Of a stretch of DNA of 64,000 bases, positions 1-14,422 are shown one piece after another. The stretch lies in contig JBITNC010000001.1 of NCBI GenBank assembly GCA_050084985.1, positions 72,292,001 through 72,356,000 on the forward strand, given 5' to 3'. The notes beneath the pieces were generated by a model. The model saw nothing but the letters and a program-made list of their open reading frames with translations. It made no database searches and was not told the DNA's origin. The DNA comes from Nageia nagi (taxonomy: Eukaryota; Plantae; Pinophyta). Both the position numbers and the translations under genes were made by a program. The number at the start of each line of letters is the position of its first letter. The stretch's first letter is position 1.

Positions 1-1268
1 ATGGGTTACATGAGTAGTATAGGGACCTAACAATCAAAGGACCAAATATGTTTACCACCTATCAAGGATTTCATATCATGTCATGATTTCTCATCCACAA
101 TGCTTCCACCTTTATAGATAGCAAGTCTAGTGCCAAGGCTCCTTCTTGGGCTTATGGTGCATGTGGGCCAAGACTCCTTCTTAGGCTTATCTCTGAACTA
201 ACCTATTATCATAAAACATAAAGGTAGATGAGTGCGCATAATAAAAAGAGTATTAAATCACTTAAATAAATGAATCATTACAAATACATTAAAGGTATAT
301 TTTAATTAAATTAAAATTCCTTTTTAGGTGTTAACAGATGCCCCACTTTGAATATGATTTGATACTTTGGGATGAAATAAATTCAAAGAATAAATTTAAA
401 GTATAACATGATTAAGAAAGAAAATACTCCTAAAAAATTATCTTCACGGTGTTAGCTTTGTATGCCCTAGTTTTCACTAATATTATGCCCCCTCTTTGGC
501 TTGGTTATGACATGATGAACCACTCAACATAAGAGCAACCTAAGACAAAGATAAAGGAACTTGTAATCCACTTAAACAAGAAATAGTTTTCACATGATAT
601 CTCAAATATTTGACCATCATATCATATAAACATCATGAAAGAATAAGAAATCAAACATGTCCTTAGTGGCTTACCCACTAAGATGATGTGAAGAGAGTGC
701 CTCACCATAAGAGATGAGGGTTTTGTGCCTCACCATAAGGGATGAGGTATTTTATATGATATATTCCTATAAATATATCCTAAAACATAGCACTACATAA
801 ATCTTATTAGCTTTTTAAAGATTTTAGCATACCTTTATAACAAAGATATCCTAAAACATAGCATTTAAAAAATATCATTAGCTTTTTAATGATATTGTTA
901 TACATTTATAACAAACATATCCTAGAGCATAGCATTATACAAATCTTATTATATTTTTAAAGATTTTGGCATACCTTTATAATAAAGATATTTTAAAATA
1001 TAACAAATAAGAAATTGAATCGATCCTTGTTGGCTTACCCACCAAGATGATATGAAGATATTACCTTTGTCTAAGAAGGGCTTGTAGTCTCAACATAATG
1101 ATAAGGGCTTACCAATTAATATTATTTTATGGGAAAGACCTACAGTGTAGCAGAATGCTCATCACCACCTTCATAAGCCACCATGTTACCATAGATTTTG
1201 ATAAAAGTGTTCCTTTATTATAGAGAGATCAATCATTTTATGGGAAAGACCTAAAGTGTAATGGAATA
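1..1268 (-). mobile_element. 3' LTR part (1-336) and 3' internal region of a Tat/Ogre-like LTR retrotransposon
   Basis: ...ggtgttaaca (336) is followed by gatgccccacttt, which reads on - as a PPT AAAGTGGGGCATC abutting TGTTAAC. AT-rich internal tandem repeats follow. Confidence 0.5.
769..1005. repeat. Degenerate ~70-bp tandem repeat, about 3.5 copies
   Basis: Recurring atatcctaaaacatagca...ttattagctttttaaagattttagcatacctttata units. Confidence 0.75.
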
Positions 1269-1368
1269 NNNNNNNNNNNNNNNNNNNNNNNNNNNNNNNN
1301 NNNNNNNNNNNNNNNNNNNNNNNNNNNNNNNNNNNNNNNNNNNNNNNNNNNNNNNNNNNNNNNNNNNN

Positions 1369-4300
1369 TGTGTTCTTGAATAGGGCAGGGGCTTATAAAG
1401 GTTTATCTTGCTTTAATTTGGAAATCTTGGGTTTTTTTGGAAATTTTTATGACTTTTTTGACCCCTAGATCAGTTCAGGGTAGCCTACAAAAAATTGGTG
1501 ATATTTTTTTCATATATCTTGGCAAATTTTCCATTTTTGAAAATTTTTAGGATTTTAAAGGGGTATTAGAGCTAAGATCTTATCGCCTATGAAAATGGAA
1601 GCAAGATCTAAGCTAAATGAAGAATTTTAAAATTTTTAGAAAGAAAATTTTCCCCACAATTTTGTTCCAATTTTTTGAGGAAAGCAAGATTCCTCAAGGG
1701 GAAAGGGAGAACTTTTTTGGAAATTTAGATAAAAGGGGCATAAAGCAAGGAGGGGGAAAAGAGGGGAGATATGTGAGAGCCCAAATCTACTTCACCACAA
1801 AAAACACCACCAAAAATAAAAATTTTTGCCCAAAATCTATCAAAAAAATTTCCAAAGATTTCCCAAAGAATATCATTTTTTGGGTTGTATCAAGATCTTC
1901 TAGGATATGCAGTTGTAGAGATAATGGAACCCAACATTATGGGGGAAAAGGGCTACCCAAAAATCCCCAACTCTAGATTTGGGTCATCTGGGACATTAGG
2001 GATTAGTTACCCTATTGGGTCTGAAGAAAAGGGATGAATGAAAGTTTTTACTAAATCCAAAGTAGCATGCAATGATTTTGGGGGCCACCAATGGATTATT
2101 TCAGCCAAGAAGATGAGTACAATCTCCAAAAAGAGGAGATAGAGTGGGATTGTATCTTCACCCTAGCCAAGGAAAGCCCTATGTCACATGCTTAAGAGGA
2201 GGAATCATAGTTGGGAGAGATCCAATGCATCTTGGATAAATATCCTGACATTTTTGGAGACATGCCTAAATGGTTTCCACCCTAAAGAGGATTTGAGCAC
2301 ATCATATAGGTGGAGTAAGGAGGAAAACCAATCATGATTGTACTCCCTACTAACATCCTAAGGCCTACAAGGATAAGATCAAGAAAACTATCAAAGAATT
2401 GTTGGACATGGGATTCATACGACCAAGCTCTAGTTCCTTTTCTTTTTCAATGGTGTTGGTCAAGAAGAAGGAAGAGACCATGTGAATGTGCATTAACTAC
2501 CAAATTCTCAATAAGAAGACCATAAAAAACAAGTATCCTATCCCTAGAGTAGAAGATCTTATTGATGAATTGCATGGTTCTAGATATTTCTCCAAAATTG
2601 ATTTGAGATCAAGATATCAACAAATAAGAATGAAAGAGGAGGATATCCACAAGACAACATTCATGTGCCATTATGGCCATTTTAATTTTTTAGTTATAGT
2701 ATTTGGATTGACTAATGCACCAATTACTTTTCAATTAGCCATGAATCAAGTTTTCAAAGAGCAATTAAGGATATTTAAGTTGGTTTTCTTTGATAACATA
2801 TTGATGTACAATAAAATGTGGGTCCAAATGTGAATTTGGCATGATTGAAATTATGTATTTAGGGCATGTAATCAACCATGAAGGAGTAAGGGTGGATGAG
2901 CAAAAAATTGCAGCAATTCAAGATTGATCGGTTCTCATAATCGTGACACAATTAAGGGGATTTTTAGAGCTATGCAATTACTATAGAAGGTTCATACATG
3001 GTTTCTCACACTTGGTTTTCCTTTGACATAATTGACTAAGAAAGATGCATTCGCGTAGAGTAATAATGCTCAAGGTGCTTTTGAGACTCTTAAAAGGGTT
3101 ATTTTCTCTTGTCCATGCTTAGTTATTCCTGATTTTTTAGTACAATTTACTGTTGAATGTGATGCATCAAAACTTGGTATAAGGGTTGTACTTATGCAAA
3201 AAGTACAACCCATAGTATTTGAAAGTAGAAAACTCACTAATGCATAACAAAATTTTAGTGTGTATGATAAAGAAATGTTAGCTATCATGCATGCGTTGGA
3301 GAGATTTAAACAATATCTAGTTTGTGGGCCTTTCATTATCAAAAGTGACCACAATAACTTGAAATTTGAATGAAAAGCAACAAAGGTGGGTAAGTAAGTT
3401 TCAATATTTTGATTTTATCAACCAAACAAATTTGAACAAAAAGCAACAAAGGTGGGTAAGTAAGCTTCAATCTTTTGATTTTGAGATTCAATATATCAAA
3501 GGAAAAAATAATATAGTTGTTGATACATTATCCAAGAATCATTCTTTCTTCTCTCTCTCTTTTATTTCTGTTGATTAGAAAATAAATATCATGATTGAAT
3601 ATGTTAAAGATGAATTTGCTCAAAATATTTTATATGGAACGGTAAAAAATGAGAGGCACATGATAAGGAACTGGATAATTATGAAGAATAATAAGATTTT
3701 CTGGAACCTTAACTCAAAAATGAAGGAAACGGTGCTCCATGCTTTGCATCATATACCCCTTATAGGCCATCCAGGTATCATGAAAATGTATAAAGCAATA
3801 AGAGAGAGGTTCACATGGAAGGGGATGAAACAAGACATCTATAAGCACATCAAGGAGAGTATGCAACATCAAGAGAAGGAGGAAAATGTGAATCCAAAAG
3901 GACTACTTCAACCATTACCCATTCCATAATAGAAATGGGAATATATTTCTATGGATTTCATCATGGGTCTCCAAACGATGCAAGGTAAAGATTGTATTTT
4001 TGTAGTGGTGGATAAACTCACTAAATTTACCTATTTCTTTGCCTTACCATCACATATACAATAGTACAATTGGATTATTTATTCTTAAAAGAAATATTCA
4101 AAATGAATAGTTCACCAAAAAGGATTGTAAGTGAAAGGGATAGCAAATTTATGAGCATGTTTTGCAAAGAGCTCTTTCAATTGAGTGGCACTAACTTGAC
4201 CCCAAGCACTAGTTACCACCCATAAACTTATATACAAACAAAAATAGTAAGAAAATGGCTACACTTGAGGCATTATGTAATAGGGCAACAACAAACATGG

Positions 4301-6360
4301 ATCAAATGGCTCCACATTGGGAAGACTTGTTACAACTTTATCCATCAATTATCTATAGTAATGTCTCCTTTCAAAGATTTGTATGGTTATGATGCTCCTA
4401 ACTTTTCAAATTTGACTTTTTATAAAGGGAAAGCCCGAAGAGCTAAAGATGTTTTACAAGACAACCAAGACATCATGAGAGCTCTAAGGGAGAACTTGTA
4501 AATAGCCCAAAATCATCAAAAGAAGTATGTTGATCAAAGAAGGATTTATAGAGCCTTTGAAGTATGGAAGATGGTGTATTTGAGGTTGCAACCATTTAGG
4601 CATTCCTCACTCAAGAAGAGAAGAGTAAAAAAACTATAACCTAGATTCTTTGGGCCATACAAAGTATTGTGCAAGTTTGGAGAAGCTACATGTGAGCTAA
4701 AGCTTCCAAAATAAAGCAAGATTCATAATATTTTCCATGTGTCACTCCTTACGAAGGTATTGGGACAACAAGACACATCATCGAACATCCTTCCATTGCT
4801 TGATGAAGAAGGATGATTGGTTTTGATACCCAAAAAGCTATTGGAGACCACAATAAAGAAGTTAAGATCAAGACACATTCAAGAATATTTGATCAAGTGT
4901 GGAAAGATTTTTCTAATGAAAATTCCATATGGGAAGGAGCTGAAATACTAGCATAGCCATCATTGAATTGCTTTAGGGCAAGCAATTTTGAGAGCAAAGG
5001 CTTTGTAACATCCCCTTGGCCTAAAAAATAAATAAATTTAGAATCCTAGAGATTTCCTTTTGTAAATATTTTTTTTATTTATGTATTTTTTGATAGTTAA
5101 TTGGGATAGAAATATAATGGTGTTTTGGACCCACGTTGTGAGCCCTATATGGGATGATTTCCTCACATGCTAGGATGTGTTATTTATTTTTCATTAATGC
5201 ACTTGGAGATCCTAAAATGATTATGGAAATCCTAAGACTTGTATAGCACCTAGATGATACTTAAGCATATACAATCACTTAATTTCCCCAAAATTAGATT
5301 TGGGAGCACTTGTATACATGCACTAACCTTGGGAAGACTTCTAGACCCCCATGTTGGCCCATGATGACATCCAGTCACCAACACATGACTCCTAAACCCA
5401 TGTAGTACCTTTGACTTCCACACTAGCATGTGTGACACCTTGGACTCCCCATTGGTATGTGTGGCATATTAGATTCCCATGTTGTCATGCTTAACACTTA
5501 GGCACCCACATTGGATATCTTGGATCTCCATATGGCTAACATTGAGATTGATAAGGGTGGGGATGACTCCTAGGTGAGATCTAGATCCAATGATGTGTTA
5601 TATAAGGTGAAGGAGCCTCATTGAAGAGATATATTGAATTTGATATTGAAACCCCTTATTATACCTAAAGACTTGGTGACGTTAAGCACCTTTGGGCATG
5701 TAGACCAAGGAGAGTCTAGGAGCCTTGGAACACCTTTTAACTAAACTTGAGGTGAGTGTTCATGCTATGAGGTTGCCCTACCCTAAGGCATCCACAAGCA
5801 ATCTACACCTTTGAATCCATTCGATGGTATTCTGGGACTACATTCATTCTCTTTGTTGGGAGCTAACCTGTGAGGGAGCCCTTTAGTATGGCATCAACAT
5901 ATTTGGTAGAGTGAGGTTGTTCTATAGTGGTTTCGGTAGCAATGTTCATCCTTGCATATCAATGTGCCCTAGTTGGCTCCTTGGATGCCAATTTTTAGCC
6001 CTCTTGGGCCTAATATTGTATTGATTCCATCATTTATCATTAATATAACCATGGCACATTTGGATCTCATTTGTTATCTCATATTGTGATGTGTTGATGT
6101 TCTTTTACCCCTCTTAGTGTGATGTCTTAATTCTTGGATTATTATTGATGTGTTGTGCTTGATAAATGTGTTCTTGAATGTGACATGGGCTTGTAGAGGT
6201 GATATCCTGCTTGAGTAGCATATCGTTGGATTTTATGGTATTTTATGTGACTTTTTTGATGCCTTAAAAATATTCATGGCATGCCTAGAAGCATCGTTTG
6301 ATATTATTATTTCATATTTTCTTGGTTAATTTCCACATTGATAATATTTGGGATTTTACA
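1369..6360 (+). mobile_element. Decayed Ty3/Gypsy chromovirus: 5' LTR tail, PBS, RT-RNaseH-integrase-chromodomain, 3' LTR 5004-6360
   Basis: PBS-like gggtattagagc (1561-1572; tRNA-iMet type). RT motifs [27 protein letters not shown] and FGLTNAP. RNaseH CDASKLG. Integrase GHPGI, GLLQPLPIP and ISMDFI. Chromodomain remnant near 4810-4970. TGTAACATCCC at 5004 to ggattttaca at 6360; 6168-6360 aligns loosely with 1369-1559. Confidence 0.85.
2200..4975 (+). pseudogene. Gypsy pol pseudogene (many stops and frameshifts)
   Basis: ORF fragments 2486-2833, 3366-3578, 3591-3929 and 4265-4501 carry RT/RH/INT motifs in different frames. Confidence 0.9.
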
Positions 6361-7421
6361 TTGAGAAGCACATGAAGGGTTATGTGGAGGATATTTCTTT
6401 GCTAAGTATTTGTATACAATGCTTTGACAAGGTACTATTGGTCATCCATGGATGAAGATTGTAAAGAACACATTAAGAATTATTTATATTGTTAAAAATA
6501 GTCCAATCTTAAGAAGATACCATCATAAGAACTCAATCCCATAGTTTCATCATGGTCATTCGAAAGATGGGGCATTGATTTAATTAGCATGATCAATCCA
6601 CATTCTAGAGAGGAGCATAAGTTCATGATCATAACCACAAAACTCACTAGAAAATGGGTACATGTTATACTAATGAAGTTTATTGTTTATTGTTCATGAA
6701 AAGATCATCAAGTTTCTTATTGAAAATATAATCATAAGATTTGGTGTACCACAACAATTGATTGTGGATAATTGTCCCAATTTCAATGGTAAGGACATGA
6801 AAGCATTTTGTAACAAATTTCATATTACTCAAAATTTTTCCTCTGTTTATTATCCCCAATGTAATGGTCAAGCTGAAGCATCTAATAAGATCATTCGCTC
6901 CAAAAAATGGAATATATATAAAAGAGATTCGCATGAACAACTACCATATGCTTTATGGGCATATAGAATTAGCATCAGGACTACTATTGGAGCAACATCA
7001 TTTTCATTAATTTATGGTGATGAAGCTATTGTTCACCTTGAATTAGAGATTCCTTCACTAAGAATCTCACTATGTAGAGAAATTTCAGATGAAGAAGGAA
7101 GACAAGCAAGGTTGCAACAGTTAGAGGTCTTGAATGAAAAGAGAATATATGTGATAGAATATTAAAAATTCTATCATGTAAAGCTCAAATGGGCATATGA
7201 TAAAAAGGTAGAGCCAAAATCTTTCCAATTAAGAAACTTGATCCTCAAGGACAACATAAATAAGATAAATATAAATGATGAAGTAAAAGGGAAATTTGAG
7301 CCCAATTGGTTTGGTCCATATGTTGCAGTTGAAGCAACAATAATAGGAGCATACAAATTATCTACCATGGGAAGAGCCAAAAATCTTCAATGTTAGATAT
7401 CTCAAACACTTTTATGCATGA
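6361..7421 (+). pseudogene. Tat/Ogre-type Gypsy integrase remnant
   Basis: SWSFERWGIDL, IIRFGVPQQLIVDN, YYPQCNGQAEASNK, LPYALWAYR and GKFEPNWFGPY motifs. Confidence 0.85.
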
Positions 7422-9231
7422 TAACTCAACTTAATACCTTGCAACATAATGATGCATTCTATTGAGGTACTTGTAAATTATTATACATTACATTTTTTCT
7501 TTCATTTATGCATTTCATAATGTGCATACTATGCCTGTGATTCTTGGGCATCCATCCCATAAAAAAAGAAGAAGAGTATATATCATAAAAGCATAATATT
7601 TACGAACCATGGACATAAAATGCTAGGTCATTGATGACCATCAATATGACTATTGAGAGTTCACTCACTTTAAAGTAAACGATGATACAATTGTTAGTGA
7701 GGATATTGACATTGACTCATATTCAATGTACAATGCATGTCATTATGTATCCACTATGTAAAAAAAATAGATAATAAAAAGTAGAAAAATATTATTTGTG
7801 AAAACTAACTTGCTGGCGCAAATAGAACATAAGGGAAAAATACAACATCTAAAGAAGCAACATATGAATAAGGATCCACAAAACCCATAACATCACCACT
7901 TTTTTAGCACTATAGATAAGGAATGGATGCCACTCATTCCTTCTCCAATGAACCTCAAATAACACCTACAATCTTATTCATCAATGAAGGGATATGAAAA
8001 GTGCACACAATTATCGAACTCCCTCATATAAAAAATGAAGGAGTCACCACATTCATTCTTGCCCACGTCACAAGTAAGGATGCCAAAATTCTCNNNNNNN
8101 NNNNNNNNNNNNNNNNNNNNNNNNNNNNNNNNNNNNNNNNNNNNNNNNNNNNNNNNNNNNNNNNNNNNNNNNNNNNNNNNNNNNNNNNNNNNNCTATATA
8201 GAACTCAGACCATACTGATGAGCTAAGAAGACAAAAGAGAAGTGCTAAGGAATAGAAGCTTATTGGAAGGATCAACATTCTTTTTGTATAATGATTGCAA
8301 GGATTAAAATTCTTCTTGAATCAGATTTAAGAAACAAATTTGGAATGCCTTGAAATTGCTGCAGCTTGAATATGAAGAATCTGAAACTTGTCTAAAATTG
8401 TACAAAAGTCAAAACTGAGAGTTCAAAAAGATATTAGAAATGAATAACACTCATATTTGAAATTATAATGATAGTTCAATACCCAAATATGAATCCCTTG
8501 GGAAATCCAAACATAGCAGCATCACAAGCCCTAGCTGAAACTAAGCTAGAATATACCCCTTTTACGTTAAGGTGGAAATTAAATCTAAGAATATTATTTG
8601 AATATAGGAAAACATCCATTAAATCCTGCTAGTAAATATTTGGAAGAGAAGAAATATTTATAAACCTTTCGTCAGAAGGATATAGTTTCCAATCTCACGT
8701 GTAGAAACACCAAGAGCAGTATGGATGTTGCATTTGGCCAAGAAATGCCTTGACATTTGGCTATAGTTTTGTTCTCATCCGAAAAAACACACTAATCTCA
8801 AGCATCTTGGGCTTTTATAGTTTCTTCTTATATCTTTTTTCCCTTCACCTTTTACATGTAGAATAAATATTATGAATTTACTTTATCTCATTCACATAAC
8901 TTAAATTAATATTCCCCTTTTGACAACTTTACAAAACATATTAACATTAATTTCAAGTTAACTTGCATAACAGGCACAGCTTTATTAAATCTACATCTGA
9001 ATAACCCTTTTTGAGTGTGTAGGGCACACTTAACCCTAACAAATGCTTTATTTAAAGAGAAGACCATGCAAATGTAACATATAAACAAAGGGTCATACCA
9101 ATAGGTCAACTGCGAGAAGCAAAACCATGGGCACAAGTGGTGAAAGAACTATCAACCAAAGAACAAGACTTGATAGCAAACAAGGTCAGATTGCAATAAT
9201 TGAGGAAAGGTAGATATCGGATATATGATAC

Positions 9232-9475
9232 GGCAGCAAACATCATTATGAAAGGAGTAAAAGATCAATGAGCGAAGGAAGATGTTAATAACTTGATAAA
9301 GTATTTTCTTAGAGATAAATAACACCAGAAAGGAAAAATATTCAAACATCAGATAAATGATAAGGCAGCAAACATCATTATGAAAGGAGTAACGGAGCAA
9401 TGGAAGATGCTAACAACTTGATAAAGTATTTTCTTAGTAATAAATAACATCAGAAAGGACAATTTTCAAAGCCAG
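9232..9475. repeat. Imperfect ~130-bp tandem duplication
   Basis: ggcagcaaacatcattatgaaaggagtaa...aacttgataaagtattttcttag occurs at about 9232 and 9364. Confidence 0.8.
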
Positions 9476-11050
9476 CGCACTAGGAGAAATACAACAAAGG
9501 ATTTCAAGGATCAAAATTCTTCATGGAAGACGATTTAACATCAATGCAACTTGAACATGAATATAATGAATGGGAAGAGGTGAAGGCAACAAGAAAAGAA
9601 GGCAAATAAGAATGTTTGAGGGATGGAGAGGATAGCACCAGCCAACAAATATCTTGAAATAAATATGTTGTTGGGCCTCATAGGAGTGTTTATCAGTAGT
9701 AAGCTGGAGTTGAAGAGGCCTTAATTCCGGACTCATGGTAGAAGGGAAAGACATAGGTTTGTAATGAAACACGAGTACAAGGAATGCAAGTCTCCAAATT
9801 TTTAAGATTACAAGAAAGTTTTTAAAACGTGTTTTTTTGAAAAAACACATTTTTTCCTTCAGCCCATTTTTGTGAATAAACACCTTTTTTTGCCCTGTTT
9901 TTTCCCCCTTTTTTTGTAGATGGCTTTTTATTTCACATGTTTTCATAAATATAAAAAAATTGCAGTTTTTTTTAATGTATTACATTTTTTTCTTGACTTT
10001 TTGCTATTTTAAAAAATTTAGCTTGGAGCCGTACCCTTTTTTTGTTTTTTGAAACTATGTAAGAAAAGTAAAGTAGGGAATGATGTAGTAAGGCAACAAG
10101 TGTAAAAACACAAAACCTAATAAGCGAATGATTTTAATTAATATAAAATAAAGTGATAAGAAAACCTTCATCTCGCAACTTGCTATTTCACCCCCCCAAA
10201 AAAAATCAAAATATTATAAGAGATAGGATCTAGACATGGAATACTTATATGTGGCACTAGAAAAAGACAACAATTTATAAAGAACAAGGTGGGTTGTTAT
10301 ATAAAAACTAGAAGTTCACCATTTCCTTTGCATGTTTTTCCTTGTTCTAGCCAATTGTCTCAAGTGATGGTTGGTCTGCCTAGATTGTTAAAAGGAACAA
10401 AACATGAAGTGGTATCAGATGATGAGCTAGAATCAGCTCCAAAAGAACCATAGCAAGCCCTAGACTTAATGCTACTCTAAGTGTTGCCCTTTTCTACCTT
10501 TTCTTCACACTAAGGCACACCTTCACATCCCCGCTTGAAATGAGGGCAAGATTATATCTCATGTGGTTAATTCCATTGTGTATATTTTTGTTGTAGTAGT
10601 TTCCATCCAAGGTCTCTCTTTTTGTTATCATTTTCTCCTAAATCTATAACATTACAAAGGGAAAAAATCTAAAACAAAGCCCTAGAAATTATTTTTTACG
10701 TGCAATGCTACAAATGTAAAGCACAAACATAGGATTAGAAGAAAAAGTCTCGGCCCTATACATTACTTCTTACATATATGTTAAAAATGGTGATTCCTAT
10801 TGCTGTAAAATCCACTTTTAGTGGTGTAAATGCAGTTGCTAGTGTTTTAACAAAGGGTTTGGTGTCCTTGGACTTAACTTCGGTTCTTAGTTCTTCAACC
10901 TTGAATGGCTTGAAATCAACCAAAATAACAAAATTTATAGCAAGGAGCATCTTTTTGCAACTTGCACTGAATAAATAGTGTAGGATGCATGAGTGTTTGA
11001 GCCTCACAATTATTGGCTGAATATTAGGCAAAAATTGATTGCATATTCTT

Positions 11051-11309
11051 AAAATATGCAATTTTTGCTGAATTTTCAAGTGGACATTCTCTTAAGGTGA
11101 TTTGCTGCATATACAGCTACATATATGAATATTGATGATTTTTGTAATCATGATATGCATAATACTTGAAGTGGAGATAAAATATGCAATTTTTGCTGAA
11201 TTTTCAAGTGGACATTCTCTTAAGGTGATTTGCTGCATATACAGCTACATGTATCGAATATTTGATGATTTTTGTAATCATGATATGCATGATACTTGAA
11301 GTGGAGATA
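11051..11309. repeat. Near-perfect ~128-bp tandem duplication
   Basis: aaaatatgcaatttttgctgaattttcaagtggacattctcttaagg...gtggagata starts at 11051 and 11179. Confidence 0.9.
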
Positions 11310-12420
11310 AAGAATTCTTGGCACCATACACCATGAATATCTTCAACAATGTTGTCAAAAACGGTTTTCCAAATGAATGGACAATCATGGTCAATCCTCT
11401 TATTTCAAAGCTTTTTGGGGGCATGATGGAGTGTAGAATTGCATTGGGTGTGGAACAGGGAAAAAGAGAAACGTGCAAGTAGGACATGGAGCAAGACAGC
11501 ACAATAAACTATTTGCATCACACTTAGGTTCCTAGTACAAAAAGTGAGACAAAAAAGGGGGAAGAGGTTTATTATTGTTTTCTTGGCCTAAAAGGGCTTT
11601 TGATATAGTGCCTATAAGCAAATTTTAGAATTAATAGAATAGCTTGGAGTACTAGTTGAGTACAGAACAATAATACATAGGCCATATGAACAAGTCAAAG
11701 CCAAAATCAAAACAAAGGGGTAATCAGAATTCTTCATGAATGATAAAACAACTCTGCCCTTTGTTGCCCACATTGTTTGTCTTATATATTGACAAATTAG
11801 AAAAATGAATTAGCAAGTTTGGGGATGCAATGGAATTCACATAGCTAGCTACATGTTGACACTCTTGCTATATATAGATTATCTTATTCTAATTACAAAA
11901 ACAACTTTCAGCTTAAGAGAGCACTACAGCTGCATGCAAGTAGACATCAACAAAGCCAAGATGTTGATATTCTCTTTCCAAAGAGAGAAAAATAGATCAG
12001 CTTTCGGTTTGAGGACAGCACTTGAAATTGTTGTATAATACAGTTATATAGGCTTGAATTTCTATAACAAACTAAACTGAAAAGCATGTAGAATAAAAGG
12101 AATACAAGAAGGTTAGAGAGCATTTAACTTATTTCAAATATGTCAAAAGTAACAGAGCTATGGGATTGGAGGATGGCTAGGGACATATTCGAAACACTTG
12201 TCACACTAATGGTATTCTATATTTGTGAGGTGAGGGTCAATAACACATTTGAGCTAAAATGGAGACAAATTGTGAGAATGTAAGAGTTTTTTTTATCACA
12301 AATAGCTTTAAAATCAATAAGCACCTTTTCCCTCAAGGCAACAACAATGATCATATTACTTAGCTTAAAAAAATTGAAAAAAAAATTAAGTCTAGTAGGT
12401 TGCCTAAAGCAATGATCGAA
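11310..12420 (+). mobile_element. Highly decayed LINE reverse-transcriptase remnant
   Basis: Pieces resembling TIMVNPLISKLFG, YCF..LK.AFD.VP, KQ.CPL.PTLF.LYIDKLE and LLLY.D (YADD region), then VDINKAK. Confidence 0.6.
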
Positions 12421-12599
12421 GAAGAAAAGCTATATGAATGAAGCAAGAAAAGAAATTGATCGAAGAAGAAAACCTATATGAATGAAGCAAAACAAGAAAT
12501 TGATGGTTATATGTAATATTAGTTTGCTAGAATATCGAAAGACTAAGCAAGAAAGAAAGAAAGAAGGAAAGAAAAAAAGAAACAATATTAATGTTCATA

Positions 12600-13321
12600 T
12601 AGCTTTGGTTATCCTTGAGACCACTGACCTCGCTTCGAGTTGCCTACTCATGGCAATCGGGTGCCATCCTCCGCTTTGTTGATGACATCATGTTGTTGTC
12701 CCACTCAGTCGAGGGCCTCCAACGCTTGATAGATGCTTTTAGTGCTAGACAAGAGCTTATGGTGAACCTTATCAAGACTAAGGGAGTGCACTTCTCTGAA
12801 CCCAGGTTCTCCATGAGGACAATGACACCACCTAGAGTTTGTGTGGTTATGCACAGTATCCATACTAGAAAAACAGTGCATACAGTTACACTTTTAGGAC
12901 TTTTAATCCAAGATAGATTTGTTCCAGACATTGTTCACACCCGCAACCTTGTATGGGGTGGAGATCTGGAGCCCCAGCTGAGAGTGGCAGATTAGACCTC
13001 GATAGAGCATATCTTGATCACTTTCCTTTCTCGTTTGATTTGGAGTAAGAGACAGTCCCACATCTTATCATACTTGCGGAGTTCGGTTGCCAACCCCTTC
13101 TGGTTTGGGTCCTTGCTTTCGTAGTCCTTTATCTTTGCCACCTTCAGCGTTTATCTGCTGTGGGGGGAATTCAGATAGGCTTCGGTTTCGAGCTTTGGCC
13201 TCCTCACTTGATCTAGCCATGCAGGCTGCCATTGATGTTGGTTTGCAAGATTTTTGAGATGCTACAAAGATTTAGTTTTTCCCCTGATCGATTACCTCTA
13301 CCATTTGAGGACTCGTCTAGG
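12600..13321 (+). mobile_element. Second 5'-truncated LINE RT C-terminal remnant
   Basis: ORF 12615-12995 reads AILRFVDDIMLLSHSVEGLQRLIDAF...LMVNLIKTK (RT domains 5-7). Confidence 0.65.
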
Positions 13322-14196
13322 NNNNNNNNNNNNNNNNNNNNNNNNNNNNNNNNNNNNNNNNNNNNNNNNNNNNNNNNNNNNNNNNNNNNNNNNNNNNNNN
13401 NNNNNNNNNNNNNNNNNNNNNATTGGATCTCATTCTAGTGATGTGTTTATTCATATTTGTGCATGCGTTGGATCATCATTGTTGTATATGCTTGTATTTA
13501 TCATACGTTGGCATTATGGTGTATTGTTGATTGAATATTGCATGTTCTAGCCAGACGTGGGTATATTAATGTTGTGTATGTGGAATATTAATGCCCTAAC
13601 CCTAATGTTGCCATCTTGAGGGTTTGAATGCTTGTTGTGGATGCCCTAGGCCTGATGTCAGGGTGATTGAGTTCGAATTTGCCTATTTTGTATCCAAATT
13701 GCATTTTGGATCATCACATGAGATTTAAAATATGCTTTTTTAAATGTTTCTCTTTCCCATTTTCTATGTAAAAATTAGTTTCAGTATCATGTAGCAATAT
13801 TCAGTTTACAGGTTTATAAAAAGTACAAAATAAAAATGAGTAAGTGGATTGAATAATCTGCCTATATGAAATGTCCATCATTACCAATTCCTTTAGGGAT
13901 TTCATATAAGAGACCTGTTAATCAACAAAGGAACTTCTGTTGATAAATACGTGAAACATAATATACTGTATTGACCAGATTCCTGTTTTTAATTATTTTA
14001 CAGTTCAAATAACAGCTGAGCATTTTTGCTCGATTGCGGCTCCATAAAATCCTGTAAGATTACCATTTTGTTAAGGGCTGATATTTTTATTTCTTTGCCT
14101 CTACTTACTCTGTGAGCCCTCGGTTTTGTCATGTCTTATGCATGGTAGAGCAGGACAAGTTACAATATGGTCAGGATTTATCAAGGAGATGACATG

Positions 14197-14422
14197 CATT
14201 TTTTTTATTGAGTGAAAAACCACTTGCGGGGCCGCCATGGTCTGAGAAACCACAATTGGAGGGTATCTATTCCGTCAAAGATTACCTAGGACTTTCACTT
14301 GGCCCCACCGCAATTGCAATTTTTAATTGGATTTTGGGATGTCCTCCACACGGTAGGACAAAGATTTGAACCTAGGCATGGAGTGTTCCCAACACTTTCA
14401 CAACTCCCTAACATAGGCAAAC
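14197..14422 (-). mobile_element. tRNA-derived SINE with 16-bp TSD
   Basis: Flanking direct repeats tcaaggagatgacatg (14181-14196) and tcaaggaaatgacatg (14423-14438). B-box GGTTCAAATC on -. T-run at the left end is the A-tail. Confidence 0.75.

Noticed and set aside
9806-10048. Possible short hAT MITE (…tttgaaactatg, flanks caagaaag/taagaaag)
   Set aside because: The left TIR is incomplete, so support is insufficient.
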